A stretch of DNA of 64,000 nt, taken from the IMG/VR virus record IMGVR_UViG_3300027672_001707. The stretch is one strand, 5' to 3'. Below are positions 48,377 through 57,043 of the stretch, piece after piece. This DNA is from an uncultured virus (IMG/VR IMGVR_UViG_3300027672_001707). Taxonomy: Duplodnaviria > Heunggongvirae > Uroviricota > Caudoviricetes. The notes beneath the pieces are model-generated. The model saw only the letters and a program-made list of their open reading frames with translations, did not search any database and was not told the origin of the DNA. A program made the position numbers and the translations under genes. Numbering within the stretch: the stretch's first letter is position 1; every line of letters begins with the position of its first letter.

Positions 48377-49392
48377 ATTTAGTAGCAGTAGCATTAAATT
48401 GTACAAGTGACGAGTACTTACACAACATAACTTGGTCAAACATATTTGATATGGGATTGATCAGAGATGATAATACTGTAGCAGATAACGAACATATTGA
48501 TATATTTAAAATTACTGGTACATTAGACAGTACTCTTACTAACCTCAGAAACAAGGCAGATTACGCACTTATCGTTCGAGAAGGTACATATTTGCGTAAC
48601 GAATTAATGTTAGATTTTGTAAAAGAAGCAATTAAAGATGAACCGGATATTATTGCATTTAAAAACATGAATAGTTTTTGTTTTGTTATACGATTAAATC
48701 ATGATTGGTTTGTGTCAGGATCTGATACGTTTGTACAAGATGTTCCTGTTAATACAACAATAAAATGGTTTTCTAAAGAAGTTGGATTGGATACATTTGT
48801 CAAAACTGATGATGATTGGGAAACCGAACACAACTATAATTTAGACTTAGATAGGTTATATGTGGAAAACACAGAACCTGTGTACAAAGATTGTAGCAAA
48901 GAACAATACGATAAATTTTACTCTTATGATAAAACACTTTACTTATTGTGTGCTGGTAACAAACCATTTATAACATTAACTGAATATTATAAAAATAACG
49001 TAATACCTGACACAGTTGTGTTTTATGATATAAGCAAACACAGTATCGAGTACTACAAAGAAATTTATACCAATAAAGAAACGGTATTAAATCAGTTACC
49101 TGATAGTATAGACAGAGAAGATTTTTGGGATTGGTTTGAATCTATTCCAGTTGAATTCCTTAATAAGGATATTATAGAAGATTTTTCCTGGATAAAGCCT
49201 GGTTCTAGCATATGGCGTTCTAATATCTTTACATACTTGCCAACTAGAATTAAATATGGTGCAGATAATGTTGTTGCAATTAGACATAGGTTTGAAGACT
49301 ATTGTAAAGATAATAACGTATTACAATGGAAATTCTTACCAATTGTTAAACTGCAAGTCCTACAAGAAATCCAGACAATAAAGCAACAGTAA
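48373..49392 (+). CDS. hypothetical protein
   Basis: 339-aa ORF, ATGA overlap with the previous gene. Confidence 0.65.
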   Translation: MNLVAVALNCTSDEYLHNITWSNIFDMGLIRDDNTVADNEHIDIFKITGTLDSTLTNLRNKADYALIVREGTYLRNELMLDFVKEAIKDEPDIIAFKNMNSFCFVIRLNHDWFVSGSDTFVQDVPVNTTIKWFSKEVGLDTFVKTDDDWETEHNYNLDLDRLYVENTEPVYKDCSKEQYDKFYSYDKTLYLLCAGNKPFITLTEYYKNNVIPDTVVFYDISKHSIEYYKEIYTNKETVLNQLPDSIDREDFWDWFESIPVEFLNKDIIEDFSWIKPGSSIWRSNIFTYLPTRIKYGADNVVAIRHRFEDYCKDNNVLQWKFLPIVKLQVLQEIQTIKQQ

Positions 49393-49495
49393 TTACGATA
49401 AGCATATCTTTATCATGCCATATAGGTTGTGATTTTAAATATATTTTAGTAGCAGTATTTTGACTATTAAGCCAGTTGTTATTTCTTTTTAGCAT
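49346..49495 (-). CDS. small membrane protein (49 aa, below track cutoff)
   Basis: MLKRNNNWLNSQ..YLKSQPIWHDKD plus a TM helix; overlaps the stop of 49479..49799. Confidence 0.55.
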   Translation of the reverse strand: MLKRNNNWLNSQNTATKIYLKSQPIWHDKDMLIVITVALLSGFLVGLAV

Positions 49496-49799
49496 TCTTT
49501 AAGTTCTCTTTCTTAATCGATTCGATGTCATCGACAGTCATTGCGAGTTTCTTCCCCGTTAGTTTTTCGTATTCTTCTTTGAACTCTATAACCATGTTAA
49601 TCTTTTGTGTTAATCTTATCATGTCGTTATCGAGCATTCTTATACGGTCAATTAACCCTATAAGTGTTCCACTAGTTGCGCCAATTAAAGGTTTAACTTC
49701 AATAGTTACCCATTTCCATATATAATATACGAAATATCCCATGCCCACCGCGGCAACAATAGGAAATCCGTAATCGCTAATTAAATCTGTTACTATCAT
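49479..49799 (-). CDS. small membrane protein (GFPI motif, YvrJ/holin-like)
   Basis: LISDYGFPIVAA TM plus coiled coil; paralog of 50096..50374. Confidence 0.7.
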   Translation of the reverse strand: MIVTDLISDYGFPIVAAVGMGYFVYYIWKWVTIEVKPLIGATSGTLIGLIDRIRMLDNDMIRLTQKINMVIEFKEEYEKLTGKKLAMTVDDIESIKKENLKNAKKK

Positions 49800-49811
49800 G
49801 TTTAAATATCA

Positions 49812-50096
49812 CTATCTTAACTTCCTTTTAATCCATAAAACAAGAGCATACACAGTTATTGCATATACTGTGGCTACACTAATATCTACCATATGTTCTC
49901 GCATATTATAGATAAATTCTATACCTGCTTGTACATCACCTATACCGGAAACACTATCATCTATTGTAATATTTTTAACTACACCGGCGTCAGTGAACTC
50001 TACACCAACTCTGTCTGCTTCGCCAAAACATTCAGTAATGCAACCATCATCAACGGGTGGTGCTTCCACTGTTTGGTTAATATCTATATCTGCCAT
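49812..50096 (-). CDS. small membrane protein
   Basis: Acidic N-terminus, C-terminal TM. Confidence 0.6.
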   Translation of the reverse strand: MADIDINQTVEAPPVDDGCITECFGEADRVGVEFTDAGVVKNITIDDSVSGIGDVQAGIEFIYNMREHMVDISVATVYAITVYALVLWIKRKLR

Positions 50097-50374
50097 TAGT
50101 CTCTCCTTGCGTCTTCTTTGCCTTCATTAGCGGCAATTCTGTCTACATTTGGTTTAACGCCAAATGCATAACTTATTAATGAATCCATTTTAACCAAGTC
50201 GTTATTCATTGTTTGTACACGGTTGTCTAAACTGCCTACAATACCTTTTAGCCCTTGAATACTACTAGTTACACTTGCAAGTATAAATTTTACTGTTGTA
50301 AAGACAAAGAAGCCAGCCGCTAAAGCACCTGCAATAGGGAAACCTAGTTCTGCTATGAGTTTAAAAATATCCAT
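50096..50374 (-). CDS. small membrane protein (GFPI motif, YvrJ/holin-like)
   Basis: AAGGAG SD; LIAELGFPIAGA TM plus coiled coil. Confidence 0.7.
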   Translation of the reverse strand: MDIFKLIAELGFPIAGALAAGFFVFTTVKFILASVTSSIQGLKGIVGSLDNRVQTMNNDLVKMDSLISYAFGVKPNVDRIAANEGKEDARRD

Positions 50375-50492
50375 ACATTCTCCTTGACATAACAACATAA
50401 TTCTGTTATTATAATACTTAACTTACATTATTATTTACCTATCTTTGAAGAAGATAAGTACTAGTATAATAAGTTATTCAAGAGAGGCAAAG

Positions 50493-50804
50493 ATGCACAT
50501 AGTATATGGTAAAAAACAAGCAGAAGCATTAAGAGACAGGTACACCGTGCTTGAACTAGACACGGTTACTGTGAAAGAAAAGAACACAGACCTTACACTA
50601 TATGCAGTTGTAGATACTGCTAAACTAAGCCTTGACAGTTTACCACAGTTAGAAAACTGGACAAAGTTGCACGAAGACTTTGTAATTGAATTGAACAACA
50701 ATAATACAGAATATTGCCTACAAGCAGTAGACCATCTAACCGGACAGTTTGGTGGAGAATTAGACACTTTTTATCAACACGTTAGGGAGAGGTTCAATGA
50801 TTAA
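50493..50804 (+). CDS. protein resembling the C-terminal part of the CHASE2 cyclase
   Basis: YTVLELDTVTVKEK vs YTFIELDKIAVKGK; ELDTFY vs ELHNYY. Confidence 0.6.
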   Translation: MHIVYGKKQAEALRDRYTVLELDTVTVKEKNTDLTLYAVVDTAKLSLDSLPQLENWTKLHEDFVIELNNNNTEYCLQAVDHLTGQFGGELDTFYQHVRERFND

Positions 50805-51693
50805 TATACACATAGTAGGCGATGGCAAAAATTTATATGCCGTAAAAACATTACTTGAAATTAATGCAGTACAGTTCGATGATGAAATTCAAGTTACTTG
50901 TTTTGGTGATAATTATTTGAACCCAGCATATGTTAGAAAATTTACATCAACACTAACAATGCATGATATTGTCAGAGGTGCTGACATTGTAGTTTGTACA
51001 AACCCAAACTATGAAGATGACAATATAGTAGGCTTATGTTCAGAATTCGGAATACCGTTACTTTGTACATTTGCATTACAAGATGACGTAGCACCGCACA
51101 ATAACATTATTTTAGATGATATTAATTTACAATATGCGGCAACGGATATGTGGATTAAACGTATTGTTAATGTAAACGAGAATGTAAAGTCTATCAAACA
51201 TTTTACAGGAATTTCTAAAACTAGTGAAACAGGTGAAAATGCTTTACCTGGATTGTCATTAGAAGATTACCAAGAAGTAATGAATAACGTATTAGGGCAA
51301 CCTAAACTTATTAAGTTACAAAATAAATATTTTTTCGCTAGTGAAATTGATTCATGGCTAGGAGATGATAATATCGACATACAAACAAACTGGATAGCAG
51401 ATACCGACAACGTTGATGCTAGTAAAGTTGATTGGCACACAGAAACATTGTTCCATACTACGGTTACAAGTAGTTCAGAGTATCAAACAGAAGATTTAGT
51501 AAAACACAGTCATTTACTGATACCTGGACGAAGAACACTTAACAGTTGGCATTATGCTAACGCCTGTGTAGTTGCTAGTTTTGTTTATATGTGGCATCGA
51601 GGGTTTCTACCCGAGAACTGCACAAGTTACGAGCAGATTGACCACAGTACATTTGTTGATAACATCTTTGGCGGAATGTTCAAACTAGCATAA
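50797..51693 (+). CDS. hypothetical Rossmann-like protein (distant saccharopine dehydrogenase-like)
   Basis: IHIVGDG and GADIVVC..P motifs; degenerate. Confidence 0.4.
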   Translation: MINIHIVGDGKNLYAVKTLLEINAVQFDDEIQVTCFGDNYLNPAYVRKFTSTLTMHDIVRGADIVVCTNPNYEDDNIVGLCSEFGIPLLCTFALQDDVAPHNNIILDDINLQYAATDMWIKRIVNVNENVKSIKHFTGISKTSETGENALPGLSLEDYQEVMNNVLGQPKLIKLQNKYFFASEIDSWLGDDNIDIQTNWIADTDNVDASKVDWHTETLFHTTVTSSSEYQTEDLVKHSHLLIPGRRTLNSWHYANACVVASFVYMWHRGFLPENCTSYEQIDHSTFVDNIFGGMFKLA

Positions 51694-51714
51694 CCTTTAA
51701 AGAATAATCACAAA

Positions 51715-51918
51715 ATGAAACAATCAAAGACACTATACAAGACACTCATATCTGAATATACCAGGCGTATAGCAGAAATGAAAGACAATCTTCCACTAAT
51801 AGAAGATGTAAAAGAAGAAGCAGAAACAAGAATTAAAATACAAGACTTAACAGAGAAATTAGACTCGTTAAAAGATTTTTGGCAAGACGCAGAAAAAGAG
51901 TTGACAATCGAGCAATAG
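51715..51918 (+). CDS. hypothetical coiled-coil protein
   Basis: ORF. Confidence 0.55.
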   Translation: MKQSKTLYKTLISEYTRRIAEMKDNLPLIEDVKEEAETRIKIQDLTEKLDSLKDFWQDAEKELTIEQ

Positions 51919-51929
51919 TTCGTTATAAT
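51901..51929 (+). promoter_or_regulatory. sigma70 promoter of the tRNA cluster
   Basis: Perfect TTGACA-N17-TATAAT. Confidence 0.8.
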
Positions 51930-51996
51930 GAAACAAATACTTGTACTGTATTCAATAATAAGACATTGAAAATTTTAACAGGTAAATAATATCAAC

Positions 51997-52072
51997 GCCG
52001 CTTTAGCTCATTTGGTAGAGCAACTGATTTGTAATCAGTAGGTGCCCAGTTCGAATCCGGGAAGCGGCACCA
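51997..52072 (+). tRNA. tRNA-Thr(TGT)
   Basis: Cloverleaf; anticodon loop TTTGTAA; TTCGAAT T-loop; encoded CCA. Confidence 0.92.
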
Positions 52073-52088
52073 CAGAAAAATAAATTGC

Positions 52089-52292
52089 GTGAATGATCGT
52101 AACAAAAATAATAAACATAATACCAGATATCGTGGCATGAATCCTAATGCAAAATCAAATAGGATGCAAAGTATAAAAGTAGCACCAGACGAAGTAGTCG
52201 GCGCTAGAAAGAAATTATACGCAGAATGTAAAGCGGCTGGTTTGACTGATATGCAGGCACTAGTTAAGTGTTTTGAAATCGTACCTAAATAA
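52089..52292 (+). CDS. hypothetical protein
   Basis: ORF between tRNAs; start uncertain. Confidence 0.4.
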   Translation: MNDRNKNNKHNTRYRGMNPNAKSNRMQSIKVAPDEVVGARKKLYAECKAAGLTDMQALVKCFEIVPK

Positions 52293-52301
52293 AAATACTC
52301 C

Positions 52302-52391
52302 GGAGAGATGGCTGAGCGGTTGAAAGCACCGGTTTACTAAACCGGCAAAGGGGCAACTCTTTCCTGGGTTCAAATCCCAGTCTCTCCGCCA
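52302..52391 (+). tRNA. tRNA-Ser body with anticodon ACT
   Basis: GGAGAGA/TCTCTCC acceptor, G73, long variable arm, stem CCGGT/ACCGG with loop TT-ACT-AA, CCA. Confidence 0.88.
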
Positions 52392-52465
52392 CTTTTATGG
52401 CTCTTGACAACACTCGTTGAATGTTATATTATAGTATTAGTATGTTACAAAAAGAATTTAGTTTT

Positions 52466-52541
52466 GGGGGATTAGCTCATCTGGGAGAGCGCCTGATTTG
52501 CATTCAGGAGGTAGCAGGTTCGATCCCTGTATCCTCCACCA
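52466..52541 (+). tRNA. tRNA-Ala(TGC)
   Basis: G3-U70 pair, loop TTTGCAT, CCA. Confidence 0.92.
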
Positions 52542-52552
52542 AAACTATAAAG

Positions 52553-52629
52553 GCACCCTTAGCTCATCTGGATAGAGCGTTGGTTTGCGGAACCAGAGGT
52601 AATAGGTTCGAGTCCTGTAGGGTGCGCCA
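52553..52629 (+). tRNA. tRNA-Arg(GCG)
   Basis: GCACCCT/AGGGTGC acceptor, GGA D-loop (A20), loop TT-GCG-GA, CCA. Confidence 0.88.
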
Positions 52630-52646
52630 AATTAAGGAGAAATGCT

Positions 52647-52829
52647 ATGTTGCATAAAATAAGTCAGTTCTGTGAAAAGATAGACAGCATTAAGGTACAA
52701 TCGGATAAGTTACGAGATATGAAGTACGGTCCAATTAAATCGTCTAAAGACGAGATTGATGTTGCTATACAAACAATCCAAGCAGACTGTTTACTATTAG
52801 CCAAAGACACTAGTAAGTACGAAAAGTAG
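52647..52829 (+). CDS. hypothetical protein
   Basis: AAGGAG SD. Confidence 0.65.
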   Translation: MLHKISQFCEKIDSIKVQSDKLRDMKYGPIKSSKDEIDVAIQTIQADCLLLAKDTSKYEK

Positions 52830-52894
52830 AGTCTTATACGGCTACGCAATAGTATTGATAAATACATTGTATAAAACAATCCAAAAGGATAAAA

Positions 52895-53638
52895 ATGAAA
52901 ATGTATTGGTACAATACTGTTGACAATCTATATAAGCAGGATAAAACTAAATTTCTAAAGTTAGTAGAATTAAAAGCTCAGATCATAAGAGATACAATGG
53001 GCGATTTTACAACTGACGAATATAGCACTGCATTGGTGTTGGGCTTCAATCCTATTCTTTGGGCATTATGCAAAGACAACGTAGATGCTTTTAAGTATCA
53101 TGTATTGTGTAGAGATGATCATGAATCGGAATTTATCCGTAACCATGAAGATTTAAAGCACGTTACAGTATTAACTAAAGATGAAATTACAGATCAAAAG
53201 TTTGATGTTACATTAGCATTGGATAGTTATTTTACGAGATACGGAACTGAGGATACTCAGAAACAAATTATTGCTGATGCACATGGTTATACTAGAAAAG
53301 CATTAGTAACTACTATTAAAGATTTCAAAAATATGAAGTCAGTGGACCGTTTAGTGGATCCACCCATGGTTATTAATAGTGGTGAAGCAAGTCATGTATT
53401 TGTATGCCATAGAACATGGGATCGTGCAGACAAGCAGAAATTCAACGAAACAATGTATCAGTTAAGCAACGGTAAATTAATATCCGAGGTAACTGAAATA
53501 AAAAGAACATTATATTTCAAGCAACTTGCAAAATATATACACGACTTAGGCTGTTCAGATTTTAAAATATCTCAAAGCCTGTTTTACAAAAACCTATTCA
53601 GTAGAAGTTACGAGTATATTGCAGTTGCCAAGATTTAA
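52895..53638 (+). CDS. hypothetical protein (possible degenerate SAM-methyltransferase fold)
   Basis: ALVLG and KFDVTLA pattern; ATAAATA upstream. Confidence 0.5.
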   Translation: MKMYWYNTVDNLYKQDKTKFLKLVELKAQIIRDTMGDFTTDEYSTALVLGFNPILWALCKDNVDAFKYHVLCRDDHESEFIRNHEDLKHVTVLTKDEITDQKFDVTLALDSYFTRYGTEDTQKQIIADAHGYTRKALVTTIKDFKNMKSVDRLVDPPMVINSGEASHVFVCHRTWDRADKQKFNETMYQLSNGKLISEVTEIKRTLYFKQLAKYIHDLGCSDFKISQSLFYKNLFSRSYEYIAVAKI

Positions 53639-53659
53639 TAATAAATCAAAGAGGCAACA

Positions 53660-54577
53660 ATGTCACAAGAACTACAAAACGCATTACAGTCATTCATACG
53701 TGAAACTGTAGAAAAACAAATACGAGAGAACCTTAATAAAGTAAATCTTAAGGAATCTGTCGCAGAATTTGTTAAACAATCTGTACAAGAAACAATCGAT
53801 AGTTTAGAATTCCCAACTGGGTCTATTAACAATAGTGCAGTTAATTGGGAAGGATTTAGAATGAACGCTGGTATGATTACTGGCGATTTTAAACACCTTA
53901 GTACTGAATTACTTTCAACTCCAGAGTTAGATGTTGACGCAAATGGTGTGCAAGTAACACACGCATTACACTCTCCAGACATTACATCAGAAAATTTAAA
54001 CACTAACAACTTAAATGCACAAGAAATTACAGTAGATAAATTAACAGTAACAGGGTTATTAACTGCTGATAGCATACAAGGATTATCAGAATTACAAGAT
54101 TTTGTAGCAGGCGATAGTTTGCCTAAAACTATAATTAACAGTAATCTTAAGTCGGTTGGTAACTTATCAGACTTGGTTGTAGTAGGTGAAACATTACTTG
54201 GTAACACATTATACGCATCGAGTACAAAAAGAGTTGGCATTAATACAGACGAACCAACAAGCACATTAACCTTATGGGACGAGGAAACAAATCTTAATAT
54301 AGGTAAGAGCAAACAACATACAGTTGAGATTAGATCCAAAAGCAATATGGAAATTGGCTCAGCGACACACAACAACATTGTATTAACACAAGACGGTGAA
54401 ACAAAAATATCTAACCCTGTACTTGCAGGCACAAGACATTCTTCAGTAACAGAAACACCAGGACATTCCGGAGAAAAAGGCGACATTGCATGGAATAGTA
54501 ATCCAGCAGTTGGTCAACCGGTTGGTTGGATTTGTTTAGGTGGCACAGTTTGGGCCATTATTGGACAAGCTCAATAA
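53660..54577 (+). CDS. hypothetical protein, possibly virion-associated
   Basis: beta-repeat-like middle, RVGINT.EP, C-terminal GDIAWN..P....GWIC. Confidence 0.6.
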   Translation: MSQELQNALQSFIRETVEKQIRENLNKVNLKESVAEFVKQSVQETIDSLEFPTGSINNSAVNWEGFRMNAGMITGDFKHLSTELLSTPELDVDANGVQVTHALHSPDITSENLNTNNLNAQEITVDKLTVTGLLTADSIQGLSELQDFVAGDSLPKTIINSNLKSVGNLSDLVVVGETLLGNTLYASSTKRVGINTDEPTSTLTLWDEETNLNIGKSKQHTVEIRSKSNMEIGSATHNNIVLTQDGETKISNPVLAGTRHSSVTETPGHSGEKGDIAWNSNPAVGQPVGWICLGGTVWAIIGQAQ

Positions 54578-55206
54578 TGGATGTTGGTTACGCAATAGGT
54601 AATGCTAATAGTAGGAAAGATTTTGATTTACGAAAACTTTTTGGCAGAGGTATTACATATGGGTGTAACAGTATTCACAGAGACTTTGTTGTAGAGAATA
54701 TAGTTTGTAATAAGTTACATCATTTACAAGAAGCAGTGGAACACAATTTACAAAAAAAGTCCTACTTGTTTACAACAACTGACTTAATCAACATTGTTAA
54801 GAATCCATACTTACAAGTATTACCAGAAATACCTTACACTATTACACACGAAAAAGATGAAGAAAAGAATTGGACATCCGGTTCTTATGCAATACTACTT
54901 GCCGCATTAGAAAATGAAATTGTAACTATTATTGGTTATGATTTTATTGGTTCTGGCGAACGATCAATGAAAAATCCTTTTGGTGCAATTAATTGTATCT
55001 ATTCAGGATCACAAAACAATCCAAAAGAAACTGCAAAGCAACGTGACATGGGATATGATGTCCAACAAATAGGACACATTATTGAACACTTCAACGATGT
55101 TAAGTTTATATTTGTTAATGACTGGACACCGGACAGTCTTTTAAATCACCCAAATGCGTATGCCGATACTTACGAAAACTTAGAAAATCAACTGTTGACA
55201 ACATAA
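54577..55206 (+). CDS. hypothetical protein (MptE/DUF115-like)
   Basis: AIGN..SR, TYGCN, SG..A..LA, IGYDF; TAATG coupling. Confidence 0.55.
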   Translation: MDVGYAIGNANSRKDFDLRKLFGRGITYGCNSIHRDFVVENIVCNKLHHLQEAVEHNLQKKSYLFTTTDLINIVKNPYLQVLPEIPYTITHEKDEEKNWTSGSYAILLAALENEIVTIIGYDFIGSGERSMKNPFGAINCIYSGSQNNPKETAKQRDMGYDVQQIGHIIEHFNDVKFIFVNDWTPDSLLNHPNAYADTYENLENQLLTT

Positions 55207-55255
55207 TATAATTGTGCTAACATAGTGTTATGTTTAGTTTAATGTATAGGATATT

Positions 55256-56284
55256 ATGTTTAATCAAGATATAAAAAGAGTTGGTTTCGCTTGTAAGTAC
55301 ATGGTAGCAGATCAAACCCAAAATAAAAAAGTATTAGAAGAACTGCAACGTCCTTACAACAGTAGGTCGACAACAATCTCATGGCTTAATAGGCAAACTA
55401 AAGAAGTTGCTGAACAACGACTTTGGGATATTATGGTTCATAATATTGAATCGTACAAAAATCTTATTACCTATGTAAGTACATTACAACCAGAACTAAG
55501 AATGCTTAGACTAGGCAGTGACTTGCTACCAGCATACACAGAACCTAGTTGGCGTTACTTTTGGCAACAAGCATATGTACAAAAATATTTAGAAGACAAC
55601 TTAATTAAAGTAGGCGACATTGCCAGACAACATGATGTACGTCTTAGTATGCACCCTGGTCAATTTGTTGTATTAGCAAGTGATAGGCCCGAAGTTGTAG
55701 AACGTAGTATAGAGGAGTTCGAATATCATGTTGATTGCATCAAATTCATGGGCTACGGCAAGGAGTTCCAAGACTTCAAATGCAATGTCCATATATCAGG
55801 TAGACAAGGTCCAACCGGTATCATTAATGTCCTCCCAAGACTTTCTAAAGAGGCGAGAAATGTTATTACCATTGAAAACGACGAAAACTCGTGGGGCATC
55901 GAAGACAGTCTCGAACTTGGCAAGCACCTCGCACTCGTACTTGACATACACCATCACTGGGTCAAAAGTGGTGAATACATACAACCCTCCGATGATAGAT
56001 TTAAAGGCGTAATAGATAGTTGGCGTGGCTTACGTCCTGCAATGCATTATTCAGTAAGTAGACTTGACTATCTTATAGACCACGATGTTAACACATTACC
56101 TGATAAGGAATTATTATTAGAACAAGGTTACAAAAAAGGCAAGATGCGTGGACATAGTGACTTTATGTGGAATAATGCGGTAAATACTTGGGCATCCACA
56201 TTTAATGAGTTTGCAGATATTATGGTAGAATCAAAAGCAAAGAATTTAGCAAGTATAAAATTCTTTGAATCTTTTAACAATTAA
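55256..56284 (+). CDS. uvsE: UV damage endonuclease UvsE
   Basis: GFACK, RLGSD, RLSMHPGQF.VL.S, IENDE, LDIHHH, HYS, HSD, MVESK.K. Confidence 0.92.
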   Translation: MFNQDIKRVGFACKYMVADQTQNKKVLEELQRPYNSRSTTISWLNRQTKEVAEQRLWDIMVHNIESYKNLITYVSTLQPELRMLRLGSDLLPAYTEPSWRYFWQQAYVQKYLEDNLIKVGDIARQHDVRLSMHPGQFVVLASDRPEVVERSIEEFEYHVDCIKFMGYGKEFQDFKCNVHISGRQGPTGIINVLPRLSKEARNVITIENDENSWGIEDSLELGKHLALVLDIHHHWVKSGEYIQPSDDRFKGVIDSWRGLRPAMHYSVSRLDYLIDHDVNTLPDKELLLEQGYKKGKMRGHSDFMWNNAVNTWASTFNEFADIMVESKAKNLASIKFFESFNN

Positions 56285-56295
56285 GAGGTAATGTT

Positions 56296-56493
56296 ATGGT
56301 ATTAACAGTTTGGCATTGCAGTGCGTTTATAATCTTTACAGGTGCTTGTGCTTATTATAATTGGAAAGCAGGAGTAGAACACGGTGTTACTACGACATTA
56401 GACGTATTACAACAATCTGGTGTTATTGATATAACAGATGACAGAATACATCAAACAGTGGATAAAATAGATAAAGAGAATAATGAAGATTAA
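56296..56493 (+). CDS. small membrane protein
   Basis: GAGG SD; N-terminal TM. Confidence 0.6.
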   Translation: MVLTVWHCSAFIIFTGACAYYNWKAGVEHGVTTTLDVLQQSGVIDITDDRIHQTVDKIDKENNED

Positions 56494-56890
56494 TCACGAA
56501 CCTTTAACTGATACTGATCAAGTGGAGAAATATTATGGAGTCGAAACCGGAGGCGAAGTACGATACATTTGCACTACTGAGCTCGATAAGCCTGACGTGC
56601 CTGTTGACATTTTTTACAAGTCCAAGCCTAGACTTGACGATCATCGTGGGTATTTTGGCATATATTGGGATAAGGATAGTGGGTCCTTATATAGTATGAA
56701 TGCTGACATGGTTGAAGGTATGCAGTTTGCTATGGTGGAAAAAGACGGTCTATGGCATTATAGTAGTACAGTAAGTGATGAGAAGATGGTAGACGACAAA
56801 ACTGTCGGTGGTGGCAGGCAAAGCATTACAGGGTGGGGGTTTGACATTTTTACCTTAGACCAAGGCGTATTCATTGTATTAGATAAATAG
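56483..56890 (+). CDS. hypothetical protein
   Basis: Overlapping ORF. Confidence 0.65.
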   Translation: MKINHEPLTDTDQVEKYYGVETGGEVRYICTTELDKPDVPVDIFYKSKPRLDDHRGYFGIYWDKDSGSLYSMNADMVEGMQFAMVEKDGLWHYSSTVSDEKMVDDKTVGGGRQSITGWGFDIFTLDQGVFIVLDK

Positions 56891-57043
56891 TTGTACGTTG
56901 GAGGGAAGTGCTAATTTCCCTAGTAATATCTATTACTAAATTTATTGGTCGGATTTGAAAAAACTAATTATTAGTTCACGTGTTAACGGATTTGAATACT
57001 CTCTCTCCAACCCACTAATTGTCCTTTACACATCGAGAAACAT

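Noticed and set aside
50797..51693. Polyamine pathway partner of speD (homospermidine or saccharopine dehydrogenase)
   Set aside because: The nucleotide-binding motif is degenerate and the similarity too weak to claim without a profile search.
52329..52345. Reading the Ser tRNA as an amber suppressor (CTA)
   Set aside because: In the 7-nt loop TTACTAA, positions 34-36 are ACT; CTA would need A33. TAG also acts as a normal stop in this window (e.g. nrdA, 11343), so there is no sign of recoding.
52421..52657. 78-aa ORF
   Set aside because: Overlies tRNA-Ala and tRNA-Arg.
53635..54486. 283-aa minus-strand ORF
   Set aside because: Antisense shadow of 53660..54577; Ser/Leu/Val-rich with no motif or SD.
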